In this document: piece after piece, positions 38,419-47,550 of the stretch | How the letters are laid out: every line of letters begins with the position of its first letter | How positions within the stretch are numbered: position 1 is the stretch's first letter | IMG/VR virus record: IMGVR_UViG_3300017917_002441 | Location: 64,001 to 128,000 of that record | DNA: 64,000 nt | DNA from: a virus | Reading direction: 5' to 3' (one strand) | Notes under the pieces: generated by a model | The model's input: only the letters and a program-made list of their open reading frames with translations | Told to the model about the DNA's origin: nothing | Databases searched by the model: none | Program-made: the position numbers and the translations under genes

Positions 38419-38601
38419 TTACTTCTTAGCAGGCTCGGCTTTTTTAGCGTCGCTTTTGGCAGCTGGGGCCTGTGCTGTGGCTGGTGCTGGGGCACTAGCG
38501 GCAGGCTTGGCTTCCACCTTTTTTTCTTCTTTCTTGACAGGTGCTTGAGCAAAAGCAGACATTGCAAACACGGATGCTACGATAGCGATAAATGATTTCA
38601 T
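38419..38601 (-). CDS. secreted Ala/Lys/Pro-rich peptide
   Basis: Signal peptide MKSFIAIVASVFAMSAFA; AAGGA RBS. Confidence 0.75.
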   Translation of the reverse strand: MKSFIAIVASVFAMSAFAQAPVKKEEKKVEAKPAASAPAPATAQAPAAKSDAKKAEPAKK

Positions 38602-38782
38602 TTCAATTTCCTTTTTAAAAGCACAGAACAAATACGCCCTGTGTAATAATATAACGCCTGGCCAGCCAAAAGAGTTGACACAATTTGGTAATTTTGCCAA
38701 ATGTATTGCATGTGCTTCAACATTGTTATACAATAATGACATGCTGTGAGAACAGCTACTTTTATGAAAGGTAATTTTTAAC

Positions 38783-39052
38783 ATGATGCGATTTAACGAA
38801 GATACAAAGACTTACAAGCTTTTTACAGCTCTCCACAGTGGCGAGACTGTTACTGCTAGTCAAGCTGCCAAGCGATTTGGCATTAAAAACATTTCGGCCG
38901 AAGTTAGCCGTATTCGCCAAGCTGGTTTTGCAGTTTATGCCAACAGCCGTACAGCCGGCAATGGTGTCAAGGTAACCGAGTACACAATCGGTAAGCCAAG
39001 CCGCAAGATCGTTGCCGCTGGCTACAGAGCTCTTGCAATGGGCTTGGTTTAA
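38783..39052 (+). CDS. winged-helix DNA-binding protein
   Basis: T...AAKRFGI.N..A.VS.IRQ.G. Confidence 0.7.
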   Translation: MMRFNEDTKTYKLFTALHSGETVTASQAAKRFGIKNISAEVSRIRQAGFAVYANSRTAGNGVKVTEYTIGKPSRKIVAAGYRALAMGLV

Positions 39053-39092
39053 TAACTGTCGCTGTCCAAATCCCACTGGACACCGGTTACTC

Positions 39093-39118
39093 AAAGGCCG
39101 CATTGACGGCCTTTTTAT
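39093..39118 (+). terminator. intrinsic terminator
   Basis: AAAGGCCG-CATTGA-CGGCCTTT followed by T tract. Confidence 0.8.
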
Positions 39119-39147
39119 TTGACCATTTATTCTAGAACCTGTATAAT
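39119..39147 (+). promoter_or_regulatory. sigma70 promoter
   Basis: TTGACC-N17-TATAAT, ATG 6 nt downstream. Confidence 0.75.
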
Positions 39148-39153
39148 TGATAC

Positions 39154-39609
39154 ATGCTTAAAAAATTAATGCAACGATTGGGACGGCATCGTGTTATCAA
39201 GGACCGTCAAGACAATGAACCTTACTTGGAAAGGTATTACCTTTTTCTCAAAGATCGCAAGCGGTTCCCGTTTAATGTATTCTTACACAAGTTCCTCAAA
39301 GGAGATCCAGACGATGTACATGATCACCCATGGCCCTATTGTACTCTCATTCTTGCGGGCGGCTATTATGAGTGGGTTCCGCAGTTTAACGCAGACGGTA
39401 CTAAAAATTGCGAGGTTCGGTATTGGCGCGGGCCCGGACACTTTCGTCATTGCAGTGCCAACAGTTATCACCGTATTGAACTCAAACCCGGTGTAACAGC
39501 ATGGACATTATTCATGCCCGGCCCACAGCGTCGAGATTGGGGTTTCTGGGTAAACGATGAATGGGTACAACACGAGCAGTATTTTGACATGAGAAAGGCA
39601 GAGAAATGA
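39154..39609 (+). CDS. cupin-fold phage protein
   Basis: LH...D...HDHPW...GGY.E...HR...WTLF..G....WGF. Confidence 0.75.
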   Translation: MLKKLMQRLGRHRVIKDRQDNEPYLERYYLFLKDRKRFPFNVFLHKFLKGDPDDVHDHPWPYCTLILAGGYYEWVPQFNADGTKNCEVRYWRGPGHFRHCSANSYHRIELKPGVTAWTLFMPGPQRRDWGFWVNDEWVQHEQYFDMRKAEK

Positions 39610-39926
39610 AGTGGTTTGATCGTTGGTTTTATCGCAAAGCCAAGTGGGCTTGGGAAAATAGGGATGAAATAGAAGCTGATGTGCCAAGCTCTATTACCAG
39701 AGCCAGTAGAGGAAATCGTCTCGTCGCTGTGGAAGAAGATGTCAGCTGGGGCGATGGGTTGCGTATTCAAGTTCATCGTGTGCATGGTGGGCATGTTGTT
39801 ACGTTTAGGCATTATGATCGCAAAACTGATCGAAACAATGATCAACACTACATTATCAATGCTGATTCAGACTTTAACCAAGAGCTTGGCAAGTTGATCA
39901 CTATGGAATCTATGCGGCATAACTAA
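39606..39926 (+). CDS. hypothetical protein
   Basis: 106 aa, ATGA overlap. Confidence 0.65.
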   Translation: MKWFDRWFYRKAKWAWENRDEIEADVPSSITRASRGNRLVAVEEDVSWGDGLRIQVHRVHGGHVVTFRHYDRKTDRNNDQHYIINADSDFNQELGKLITMESMRHN

Positions 39927-39935
39927 GGAACTGAC

Positions 39936-40292
39936 ATGGATATTTTGGCTGGTATTGCAATTGGTATTGCACTGTGCGTGATTTGGTTTGTTTGGACAGC
40001 CAACCGTGTGATTGCAAAATTGGAACGTGAAGTGACAGCTGAGCTGGTGGAAAAAGCCAGCGACAAAATGGTGGGTCTTGTGGTTGAACGTGTCAGCAAT
40101 ACCATTTATTGCTACAGTGAGAAAGACAACGAGTTTGTGTGTCAAGGCACTACGCTGGAAGAACTTCGTACTGCATTCAAACAGAGATTTCCTGATCGTA
40201 CAGGATACATTGCCGGTGGTGACCCCGACACTGTAGAAAATTTAAAGAAACAATTGGAGTTGGTAAAAAATGAAAATAGCACTGGCATCTGA
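39936..40292 (+). CDS. single-TM hypothetical protein
   Basis: N-terminal TM, FVCQG. Confidence 0.65.
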   Translation: MDILAGIAIGIALCVIWFVWTANRVIAKLEREVTAELVEKASDKMVGLVVERVSNTIYCYSEKDNEFVCQGTTLEELRTAFKQRFPDRTGYIAGGDPDTVENLKKQLELVKNENSTGI

Positions 40293-41094
40293 CATACATC
40301 TTGAGTTTGGCGACTTAATGCTCAAAAATGAGCAAGACGCTGACCTCTTGATCCTGGCCGGCGACATCTGTGTGGCCAAAGATGCGCTGAAAGAAGGCGA
40401 CATGGGCGACCGTGTGCGCAACTTCTTTCAGCGAGTGAGTTTTCAGTTTCCGCAAACACTGTACGTCATGGGCAATCACGAGCACTACTCGGGAGACTTT
40501 GCCAAGAGCCAAAATATCTTGCAAACCATGTTGGATCAGTTGTGTATCACCAATATCAAAATCATGGAAAAAAGCATCCATGAAATTGGCAATGTCACAT
40601 TCATTGGTGGCACAATGTGGACTGATTTCAACAACGGTGACAGCATTACACTGTTCCATGCGGCTCAGGCCATGAACGACTATCGCGGTGTGCGTAACAG
40701 CAACTCGGGTCATGCCTCAGGTGTATGGAAGTTTTTGCCCAAGCACAGTTACGAAGATCATGTCAGAATGAAACAATACATTCGTATGATTCTTGGCAAC
40801 TTGCGTGATCAAGGTCGCACAGATCAGCGTGTGGTAGTAATATCACATCATGCACCAACACATCTCAGCATTGACGAGTACTACAAAAACGATGCTGTGA
40901 TGAACGGTAACTTTGCCAGCCGGCTTGATGACTTGATCCTAGATCATCCTGAAATTGCTGTGTGGGTACATGGTCACATGCACAACCCCAGTGACTACCA
41001 AGTTGGTGATACACGTGTGTTATGCAACCCACGTGGTTATATTGGGTACGAAAGTCGTGCCAATACTTTTGAACTGTTACATTTTGAGGTGTAA
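40270..41094 (+). CDS. calcineurin-like metallophosphoesterase
   Basis: SDIH, AGD, GNHE, HH.P, HGHMH, NPRGY. Confidence 0.92.
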   Translation: MKIALASDIHLEFGDLMLKNEQDADLLILAGDICVAKDALKEGDMGDRVRNFFQRVSFQFPQTLYVMGNHEHYSGDFAKSQNILQTMLDQLCITNIKIMEKSIHEIGNVTFIGGTMWTDFNNGDSITLFHAAQAMNDYRGVRNSNSGHASGVWKFLPKHSYEDHVRMKQYIRMILGNLRDQGRTDQRVVVISHHAPTHLSIDEYYKNDAVMNGNFASRLDDLILDHPEIAVWVHGHMHNPSDYQVGDTRVLCNPRGYIGYESRANTFELLHFEV

Positions 41095-41097
41095 AAA

Positions 41098-41544
41098 ATG
41101 AAAATCGGTCTTAGCTACAGTCGATGCATCCGCGACATTGTTGATGGCACAGTGGACATTGGTGATGTTCTAGTCATAATTTCACGCACAGATTTTGATC
41201 CACACGATGACAAACAGTGGCAGGGCATCTGGCTAGGATACGGTGGCGGCACCAGCAATACTGGCCTGCATGGTTTGTTTGGTGGTAGTCTGCCCGAGTG
41301 GGGCTCTTATGGCGATGAGGACGAAGACCGTTTTCGCTCAGTGAGCATTGAGTTGTGGGAAAGTGGCAAGTTTCACCAACCCAGAAAGTTTGGTGCTCGC
41401 CCACATCGACTGCCCTATTACTGGTTGGAAACTATGTTGCCCAACAGTGAGTTGGACGCCAATCCCGCAGTAAAGGCAGCCTGGGATCAGTTCCAAGTCA
41501 TTGCTGGACTGACTGGACATCACGGTGTGGAACACACGGCATGA
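41098..41544 (+). CDS. conserved phage hypothetical
   Basis: 148 aa, GKFHQPR. Confidence 0.65.
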   Translation: MKIGLSYSRCIRDIVDGTVDIGDVLVIISRTDFDPHDDKQWQGIWLGYGGGTSNTGLHGLFGGSLPEWGSYGDEDEDRFRSVSIELWESGKFHQPRKFGARPHRLPYYWLETMLPNSELDANPAVKAAWDQFQVIAGLTGHHGVEHTA

Positions 41545-41720
41545 AATGGTTGCGATACTCGGGCATCAGTGTTATAATAACACTAAATCCACTGTGGTGG
41601 AAGGTGTTGCCCTGGTTCCGTAAAGAAACCAATGAGTGGGCTGGCCCAAAAGAGCATACTTGGGCCTTGACGTTTTTGTTTTTGACCATACGTGTATGGA
41701 TTGACGATGGGAGTTGGTAA
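41541..41720 (+). CDS. small Trp-rich protein (not in ORF track)
   Basis: 59 aa MKWLRYSG...IDDGSW, coupled at both ends. Confidence 0.6.
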   Translation: MKWLRYSGISVIITLNPLWWKVLPWFRKETNEWAGPKEHTWALTFLFLTIRVWIDDGSW

Positions 41721-41905
41721 TGAATGACAAGTTAAGAGAGTTAGCGTTGCAAGTGGGCGGCAGTCACTACCCCGAAGTCAGCCAACAGTTTTTAGAAACC
41801 ACTGTGCGCCTGGTAATCAAGCAGTGTGCTGAAGCTTATCATCAAACACGACTGGCTGAAACACCTATTGAACAACACTTTTTGAAGAAATTTGATTTAG
41901 AATGA
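41720..41905 (+). CDS. hypothetical protein
   Basis: TAATG coupling. Confidence 0.6.
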   Translation: MNDKLRELALQVGGSHYPEVSQQFLETTVRLVIKQCAEAYHQTRLAETPIEQHFLKKFDLE

Positions 41906-42639
41906 AAGTATATCTCAGCAAACCTCGAGATCATTGGATCTCACCATACACCATGTTGGACCGTGCGTTCTTCTGGACTGAGTGGTCAAAGTGTAGTCGT
42001 TGGACCCTGGAGCAAACTCTCGAAGACAATGCTCGAGTCACTCGCGGTGAAAAAAGCCAGTACGTGGAACATCCTGAGTGGGTAGAAAAAGCCTCAGATT
42101 ATCTAGTACCCATTAGCCGAGCTATTGCATGGGTCCTGGATCGTGTGCATCCGCCCATCAGATATGTCAAAATTGATCGCTGGGATACCTGGAGCATGGA
42201 TCATACCTTGGCTGACATTGTGTTGCCCATGTTGAAACAGCTCCGAGCTACCAAACATGGTGCTCCGTTTGTGGACGATGAAGATGTGCCCGAGCATCTG
42301 CGTAGCACAGCCGCGCCTGCTAAAGAGAATGAATGGGATACCGACGACAATCACTTCAAGCGTTGGGACTGGGCCATGGATGAAATGATCTTTGCATTTG
42401 AGTGCAAGGTTGACGATAGTTGGCAAGATGCATTCCGCTCAGGTGAGCATGACATCAAGTGGATTCCCGTGGATGCCGATGGCAACGAAGTACCCAAAGG
42501 CGAACACAAGTATTACCAAATGGGGCACGGCCCCAATGACACTTACCAATGCGATTATGATGGCATGAAGAAAGTGGAAGAACGGATTCAAAACGGGTTT
42601 AGATTGTTTGGCAAATATTATCAAGGACTGTGGGACTGA
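41902..42639 (+). CDS. conserved T4-like phage hypothetical
   Basis: DTWSMD.TLA...GF.LFGKYY..LWD. Confidence 0.75.
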   Translation: MKVYLSKPRDHWISPYTMLDRAFFWTEWSKCSRWTLEQTLEDNARVTRGEKSQYVEHPEWVEKASDYLVPISRAIAWVLDRVHPPIRYVKIDRWDTWSMDHTLADIVLPMLKQLRATKHGAPFVDDEDVPEHLRSTAAPAKENEWDTDDNHFKRWDWAMDEMIFAFECKVDDSWQDAFRSGEHDIKWIPVDADGNEVPKGEHKYYQMGHGPNDTYQCDYDGMKKVEERIQNGFRLFGKYYQGLWD

Positions 42640-42641
42640 CT

Positions 42642-43349
42642 ATGAATGCTGTGGTTGATTTGAAAGAAACATTTGACGCCTGGTTAAAAGATTTTCCCAC
42701 TAATGGGTCGCCCATTATTGATTTAAAGTCCCCTGAAGTCAAATTTAGCGACGATCCATTGGCATTGAGCTGTGCCAGCTATCGCATTTTCAAAAACACC
42801 AGTGTGCCGTTTACCGATATTGACAGCGTAACTGCCACAGCCGAGGACCGCGAAACTGCCGCATTGATCCGAAGTTACTATGGGCAAAAGCTGGTGTGGC
42901 AAGCTCTGCAAGGACGTAGTCTAAGTGAGTTTAGAACCAAAATGGGTCAGTTCCTTAACGGTGAACACCAACTGACGTCAGACGAGCTGGGCATGCTGTA
43001 CAGGATTCCTTACTTCTATGATGAGGACTGTGCGCTGGATAAAGTGATTGCAAATACTAAACCAGCCCAAGTCGTTGAACCTCACCTGGTGCATCGGCGC
43101 CGACTCAACTACATCACTTGCATTAATCAATATCGTCGTGCAAACACTTCACGTCACTACTGGTTTGCTGATGAGAATCAATATGCCTATGTAATCAAAG
43201 TGTTGGCCAACAATTCGTTGGTACCACTGTTAGAAAGTGTTATTGCTCGCGGGACGTTGGATGTTAATGCTAGGTTGTATCCTAGGTCACATCGTGGTGC
43301 CGACAGCGACAAAACATACTATGATCTAGTAAAGTTTGAATTGGCATGA
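42642..43349 (+). CDS. hypothetical protein
   Basis: 235 aa; PYFY.ED motif. Confidence 0.65.
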   Translation: MNAVVDLKETFDAWLKDFPTNGSPIIDLKSPEVKFSDDPLALSCASYRIFKNTSVPFTDIDSVTATAEDRETAALIRSYYGQKLVWQALQGRSLSEFRTKMGQFLNGEHQLTSDELGMLYRIPYFYDEDCALDKVIANTKPAQVVEPHLVHRRRLNYITCINQYRRANTSRHYWFADENQYAYVIKVLANNSLVPLLESVIARGTLDVNARLYPRSHRGADSDKTYYDLVKFELA

Positions 43350-43585
43350 TGCCTTTTCCCAGCGCCTTTTCTGAATACATGCCCGAGCATGTTCACTTGT
43401 CAAGATCCACAGTAGACCACTGTTGGTCACTTTGGCCTCGTCGATGCAGTGTGTCTAATAGACTGCTATGGTTTACTAAAGCCTACCGTGCTCGCCGCAT
43501 AATTACTGGACCTGGGGAGCCTGTGATAGTAGATCGCTGGTACGGGCCACTAGAATTTTTAATTTTACAACTGAAGGAAATTTAA
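43346..43585 (+). CDS. hypothetical protein
   Basis: 79 aa, coupled. Confidence 0.55.
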   Translation: MMPFPSAFSEYMPEHVHLSRSTVDHCWSLWPRRCSVSNRLLWFTKAYRARRIITGPGEPVIVDRWYGPLEFLILQLKEI

Positions 43586-44685
43586 TGAGTTATTTGTTTA
43601 CAAGCGAGAGCGTGAGTGAAGGACATCCAGACAAAGTAGCAGACGCCATTAGCGATGCTATCCTTGACTTGGTCATGTCCAAGCAAGACCCCACATTGCG
43701 TTGCGCATGTGAAACACTGGTCACAACAAACATGGTCACTGTGGCAGGCGAATACAAAGGTATTTTGCACAAAGAAGAAGTAGACTCTACCATTCGCAAA
43801 ACTATCAAAAACATTGGTTACGAGCAGCCTGGCTTTGACTGGCGTACAGTAAAAATCTACAACGAGTTGCACGGACAATCAGCAGACATTGCACTGGGCA
43901 CTGACAACTTTGGCGCTGGAGACCAAGGCTTGATGTTTGGTTATGCTTGCAATGAAACCGACAGTTACATGCCCAGCGCAATTTACTGGAGTCATCGCAT
44001 TGTGGAAGGCTTGGCACAAGCACGTAAAAATGGTGTTGTGACTTGGCTTGGCCCCGACGCAAAAAGTCAAGTAACTTTTGAATACGATGAAACAAACAAA
44101 CCTATTCGTATTTCCAAGGTAGTTTGTAGTACACAACATGCCGAGTCAGTTGACATTGAAACTGTGCGCAGTGTTGTCAAAACTTTGATCACAAACATAC
44201 TTCCAGTGCAATATGTTGATACAAATACTGATTTTTATATTAATCCTACTGGGCGCTTTGTTATTGGCGGCCCTGATGGCGACACTGGACTTACCGGTCG
44301 CAAAATTATCGTTGATACATATGGTGGTTATAGCCCTCACGGTGGCGGAGCTTTCTCTGGTAAAGACCCTACTAAAGTTGACCGTTCAGCCGCTTACATG
44401 ATGCGCTACATTGCCAAGAACATTGTGGCCAGTGGACGTGCGGACTGGGCCACATGCCAAATCAGTTATGCTATTGGTATGGCGCAACCCATGAGTTTCT
44501 ACGTGGAATGCGAAGACCGAGCCCTGGCAAGAGATCTAACAATGCTGATTCCACGTGTGGTGGATTTGACACCAAAGGGCATTATTGATCGTTTTGATTT
44601 GTTTAGGCCTATTTACAGTTCTACAACAAATTATGGACACTTTGGTAAAGCAGATCTTCCTTGGGAACGGGTTGACTTGTTTTAA
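43585..44685 (+). CDS. metK: S-adenosylmethionine synthetase
   Basis: FTSESVSEGHPDK, GAGDQG, GGGAFSGKD. Confidence 0.98.
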   Translation: MSYLFTSESVSEGHPDKVADAISDAILDLVMSKQDPTLRCACETLVTTNMVTVAGEYKGILHKEEVDSTIRKTIKNIGYEQPGFDWRTVKIYNELHGQSADIALGTDNFGAGDQGLMFGYACNETDSYMPSAIYWSHRIVEGLAQARKNGVVTWLGPDAKSQVTFEYDETNKPIRISKVVCSTQHAESVDIETVRSVVKTLITNILPVQYVDTNTDFYINPTGRFVIGGPDGDTGLTGRKIIVDTYGGYSPHGGGAFSGKDPTKVDRSAAYMMRYIAKNIVASGRADWATCQISYAIGMAQPMSFYVECEDRALARDLTMLIPRVVDLTPKGIIDRFDLFRPIYSSTTNYGHFGKADLPWERVDLF

Positions 44686-44691
44686 ATAAGT

Positions 44692-44940
44692 ATGAGTCAA
44701 GGACATCAAGTTTTCAAATTCATAGAGGAGCAAATGTCCTTGGTCAGCAGAAGCCTTGACGTGAAAATTACTAGAGACGAGTACAATCTTTGGCAGAAAG
44801 ATTATACGTGGGAAGCACTCCACGGTATTCGTTACGGCCAAAGCTTCTGTAATCATTTCAACATCAACGACAACAAGCTTTACTATACACGGGATTCAGT
44901 TTGGGCTGATGACTACATACAAGAAACCTACATTAGGTGA
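44692..44940 (+). CDS. hypothetical protein
   Basis: RYGQSFCN motif. Confidence 0.6.
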   Translation: MSQGHQVFKFIEEQMSLVSRSLDVKITRDEYNLWQKDYTWEALHGIRYGQSFCNHFNINDNKLYYTRDSVWADDYIQETYIR

Positions 44941-45181
44941 ACATCTCAAAGGCATGAAACTCCCGTTTGAAATACGAGAGCAATCTAGTTTTCTCTATGC
45001 CAAGGAGATAGTCAAACCTTTTGGTGTGGTTGATCAGGTCATTGAGTGGTGCAAGCACGAAATGATTGCTGAGTGGCGCTGGCAACTGGTTGAAGTCAGT
45101 TCAGATGTGCGTCCGGGGCGTTACGTATTCTATTTTGACAGCGAGCGAGACGCTGTGGCCTTTACGCTACGCTGGATCTAG
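44909..45181 (+). CDS. F.LRW-ending family protein
   Basis: WC...W.W...F.F....DA..FTLRW; true start may be 44954. Confidence 0.6.
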   Translation: MTTYKKPTLGEHLKGMKLPFEIREQSSFLYAKEIVKPFGVVDQVIEWCKHEMIAEWRWQLVEVSSDVRPGRYVFYFDSERDAVAFTLRWI

Positions 45182-45186
45182 CCTGG

Positions 45187-45215
45187 TTGACCATTTATTC
45201 CTGTTTTGCTATAAT
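45187..45215 (+). promoter_or_regulatory. sigma70 promoter
   Basis: TTGACC-N17-TATAAT. Confidence 0.8.
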
Positions 45216-45240
45216 ATGTGTATAGTACAAGGAGTATATC

Positions 45241-45465
45241 ATGAATGCACACGATCGTGGTAATCTAGAGTTTTTGCTGTCAGCAGACAAAGCCACAATG
45301 GATCAGTGGTACCAAACTGCCACAGCCGATGACCTTGCCTACGCTCAAGAACTGCTACAGATGGCTCGCAGTGAACTAGAACTACGTGCTCTGGAAGTAA
45401 TTGATGCAGAAGCTGACGAAGATGTGTCTGACGCTCAGGCAGTGCTGGCTCGTTTTGCACTATGA
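45241..45465 (+). CDS. acidic hypothetical protein
   Basis: 74 aa, AAGGAG RBS. Confidence 0.7.
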   Translation: MNAHDRGNLEFLLSADKATMDQWYQTATADDLAYAQELLQMARSELELRALEVIDAEADEDVSDAQAVLARFAL

Positions 45466-45797
45466 ATCACCAGTTTTTGATCATGTGGGACTGTCAAGGT
45501 CTTGAATGTGTTGTGGACATCACCGAAGATGAACAGCGCCGTATGTGGCAAAAACTCAAGGGTGAGCTACCGAATGAAACGGCTGTGCCCAATATCAATC
45601 ATCTTGTATTACGAGCCAGGTACAATAGCCAGCGCCACTACGAGATCTATTTCATAGAAGCACAAGAAGGCATCACACAAGACGATATTCGTGAAATGTT
45701 TGAAAGTGCTCCACAACATGCAGCCGACACTATCCGGCGAATAGGACAATGTCTTTACAGTGATAGGGTTGACAGTAACCGGGTAAAAATTGTATAA
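45462..45797 (+). CDS. conserved phage hypothetical
   Basis: WDC.GLE...LRAR.N.QRHYEIY. Confidence 0.7.
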   Translation: MNHQFLIMWDCQGLECVVDITEDEQRRMWQKLKGELPNETAVPNINHLVLRARYNSQRHYEIYFIEAQEGITQDDIREMFESAPQHAADTIRRIGQCLYSDRVDSNRVKIV

Positions 45798-45804
45798 TTA
45801 TATC

Positions 45805-46539
45805 ATGGACCTATATAGAATATTAGACAGAATTGAAGAGTGGTGGAGATACCCACAACCTAGTCAGCGTCAACGCCAGTTACTGGGCTTGCATACTGAT
45901 GTCATTGACACAGAGTTTACAGCCACAAGACTGGCAAGTGAGGAATCAGCGCAATATGCGCTGACTTACATGCGAGCAGTGCCCAACTTTGACACTGATT
46001 ATGACTTGCATCGGTGGGTGGCCACAACACAGACTGATCCCACGCTGGAGTCAGGCTTGGTGCTGGAGTTCGGTGTTGCCACTGGACGTACATTGAATCA
46101 ATTTGCTCGTTGGTTCCCCGGCGACACTGTGTATGGATTTGATGGATTTCAAGGACTGCCCGAAGACTGGACCAGCCGCATGCGCCGTGGGTTCTTTGCT
46201 AGAAAGAACTTGCCCCGTGTGAGAAGCAACTGCGAACTTGTGGTGGGATGGTTTGATCGAACACTGCCAAACTTTGTTAGAAAAATTGGGCATAGACCAA
46301 TCAAGTTACTGCACGTGGATTGCGACTTGTATTCCAGCACTGTGACCATTTTGGAAAACTTGCGTCACAACATTGTGCCCGGCACTGTGATTGTGTTTGA
46401 CGAGTACATGAACTACCCAGGCTGGCAACTAGATGAATATCGCGCCTGGCAAGAGTTCGTTACACAATACAAAATTGACTATGAATACATTGGCCGTGTG
46501 AGCCGGCACCAAAAAGTAGCTGTAAGAGTACTAAAGTAA
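45805..46539 (+). CDS. TylF/MycF-like class I SAM methyltransferase
   Basis: LEFGV..G, FD.F.GLPE, GWF..TL, HVDCDLY, FDE. Confidence 0.88.
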   Translation: MDLYRILDRIEEWWRYPQPSQRQRQLLGLHTDVIDTEFTATRLASEESAQYALTYMRAVPNFDTDYDLHRWVATTQTDPTLESGLVLEFGVATGRTLNQFARWFPGDTVYGFDGFQGLPEDWTSRMRRGFFARKNLPRVRSNCELVVGWFDRTLPNFVRKIGHRPIKLLHVDCDLYSSTVTILENLRHNIVPGTVIVFDEYMNYPGWQLDEYRAWQEFVTQYKIDYEYIGRVSRHQKVAVRVLK

Positions 46540-46590
46540 TACTCAAGTACTACTTTTGCGTTTGGCCAAAATTCGCTCTTTTGCTATAAT
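46536..46590 (+). promoter_or_regulatory. palindromic operator-like box + sigma70 promoter
   Basis: GTAATACTCAAGTACTAC, then TTGGCC-N17-TATAAT. Confidence 0.7.
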
Positions 46591-46613
46591 AGAAACATAG
46601 CAAGGAGCAAGTG

Positions 46614-46808
46614 ATGATTGAAAACGGTACCAACGTTTACATTGTACAGATCAACATGGCAGAGCCCAATCAAAATCCTGATTGGGACAATGTTGGCGTA
46701 TATCAAGACCGTCAGCAGGCAGTGACCCAAATTGACTGGATGAAAGCCGAGTACGGCGACACCATCGAGTTCCGCATTGACACTGTGCAATTCTACATTG
46801 CAGCCTAA
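46614..46808 (+). CDS. hypothetical protein
   Basis: AAGGAG RBS. Confidence 0.65.
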   Translation: MIENGTNVYIVQINMAEPNQNPDWDNVGVYQDRQQAVTQIDWMKAEYGDTIEFRIDTVQFYIAA

Positions 46809-46818
46809 GGACATGCAA

Positions 46819-46998
46819 ATGAAATCCTACAAGGTCACGATTCTGTTTACCAATTTGGATAACAGTTTGTACACAGATTTTCAGGCCAGAGTAAAGTATG
46901 ACATTGAGTCAGACGACTACAGCCACGCATTCTTGATGGCCCAACGACTGGCCAAGTCCCTAGACGCTGACCAATTTGACATTGAGGAAGTACAGTGA
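46819..46998 (+). CDS. hypothetical protein
   Basis: AAGGA RBS. Confidence 0.6.
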   Translation: MKSYKVTILFTNLDNSLYTDFQARVKYDIESDDYSHAFLMAQRLAKSLDADQFDIEEVQ

Positions 46999-47113
46999 GC
47001 CAGGAGTTTATCCGTAGCCAAGTTGAATACTACAGGCGACATCTAAACTGTGGTCATCCGCGTGACTGGAACCAAATCCTTGGCCTGTATCAATATTACA
47101 AAGGATTGCTGAA

Positions 47114-47419
47114 ATGAACATCCACACCGTAGCACAAAATCTCCGCAACACAATCGCCGGCAAGGAACACTTACTGAATCAATACAACCGAGCACTCGAA
47201 GGTGATAAGATGTTGTATGAACAGAAGATTGCAGTAAATGCCGCAAGTGAGTTTGTTAAAATCAACATTGACGAACTACGACGCATCTTGCAGGATGTAG
47301 AACAGTGTTGCGAAAAAGCCACAGCAGATTCATGGGCACTGAGTCCCGACCGTAGCGGTGGGCAATTCACTCAAGACGAAATCAACAATGCAGATCGTTC
47401 GGGCTGGATTGCACCCTGA
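47114..47419 (+). CDS. hypothetical protein
   Basis: SW..SPDRSGGQFT..EI tail. Confidence 0.65.
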   Translation: MNIHTVAQNLRNTIAGKEHLLNQYNRALEGDKMLYEQKIAVNAASEFVKINIDELRRILQDVEQCCEKATADSWALSPDRSGGQFTQDEINNADRSGWIAP

Positions 47420-47425
47420 CAAAGG

Positions 47426-47530
47426 TTGACAAATAAACAGAATTTTGCTATAATTATTTTACGGTGAAAGATTATCACCGGCTAACCTAGAAGTAACGAC
47501 TTGACATGGGGTCAACCAGTTACAAGGTTA
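47426..47530 (+). promoter_or_regulatory. sigma70 promoter + two-hairpin structured leader
   Basis: TTGACA-N17-TATAAT; CGGTGA/TCACCG; nested TAACCT/AGGTTA, GTAAC/GTTAC, TTGAC/GTCAA. Confidence 0.65.
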
Positions 47531-47550
47531 CGAACGAAAGGAATCGCTTT

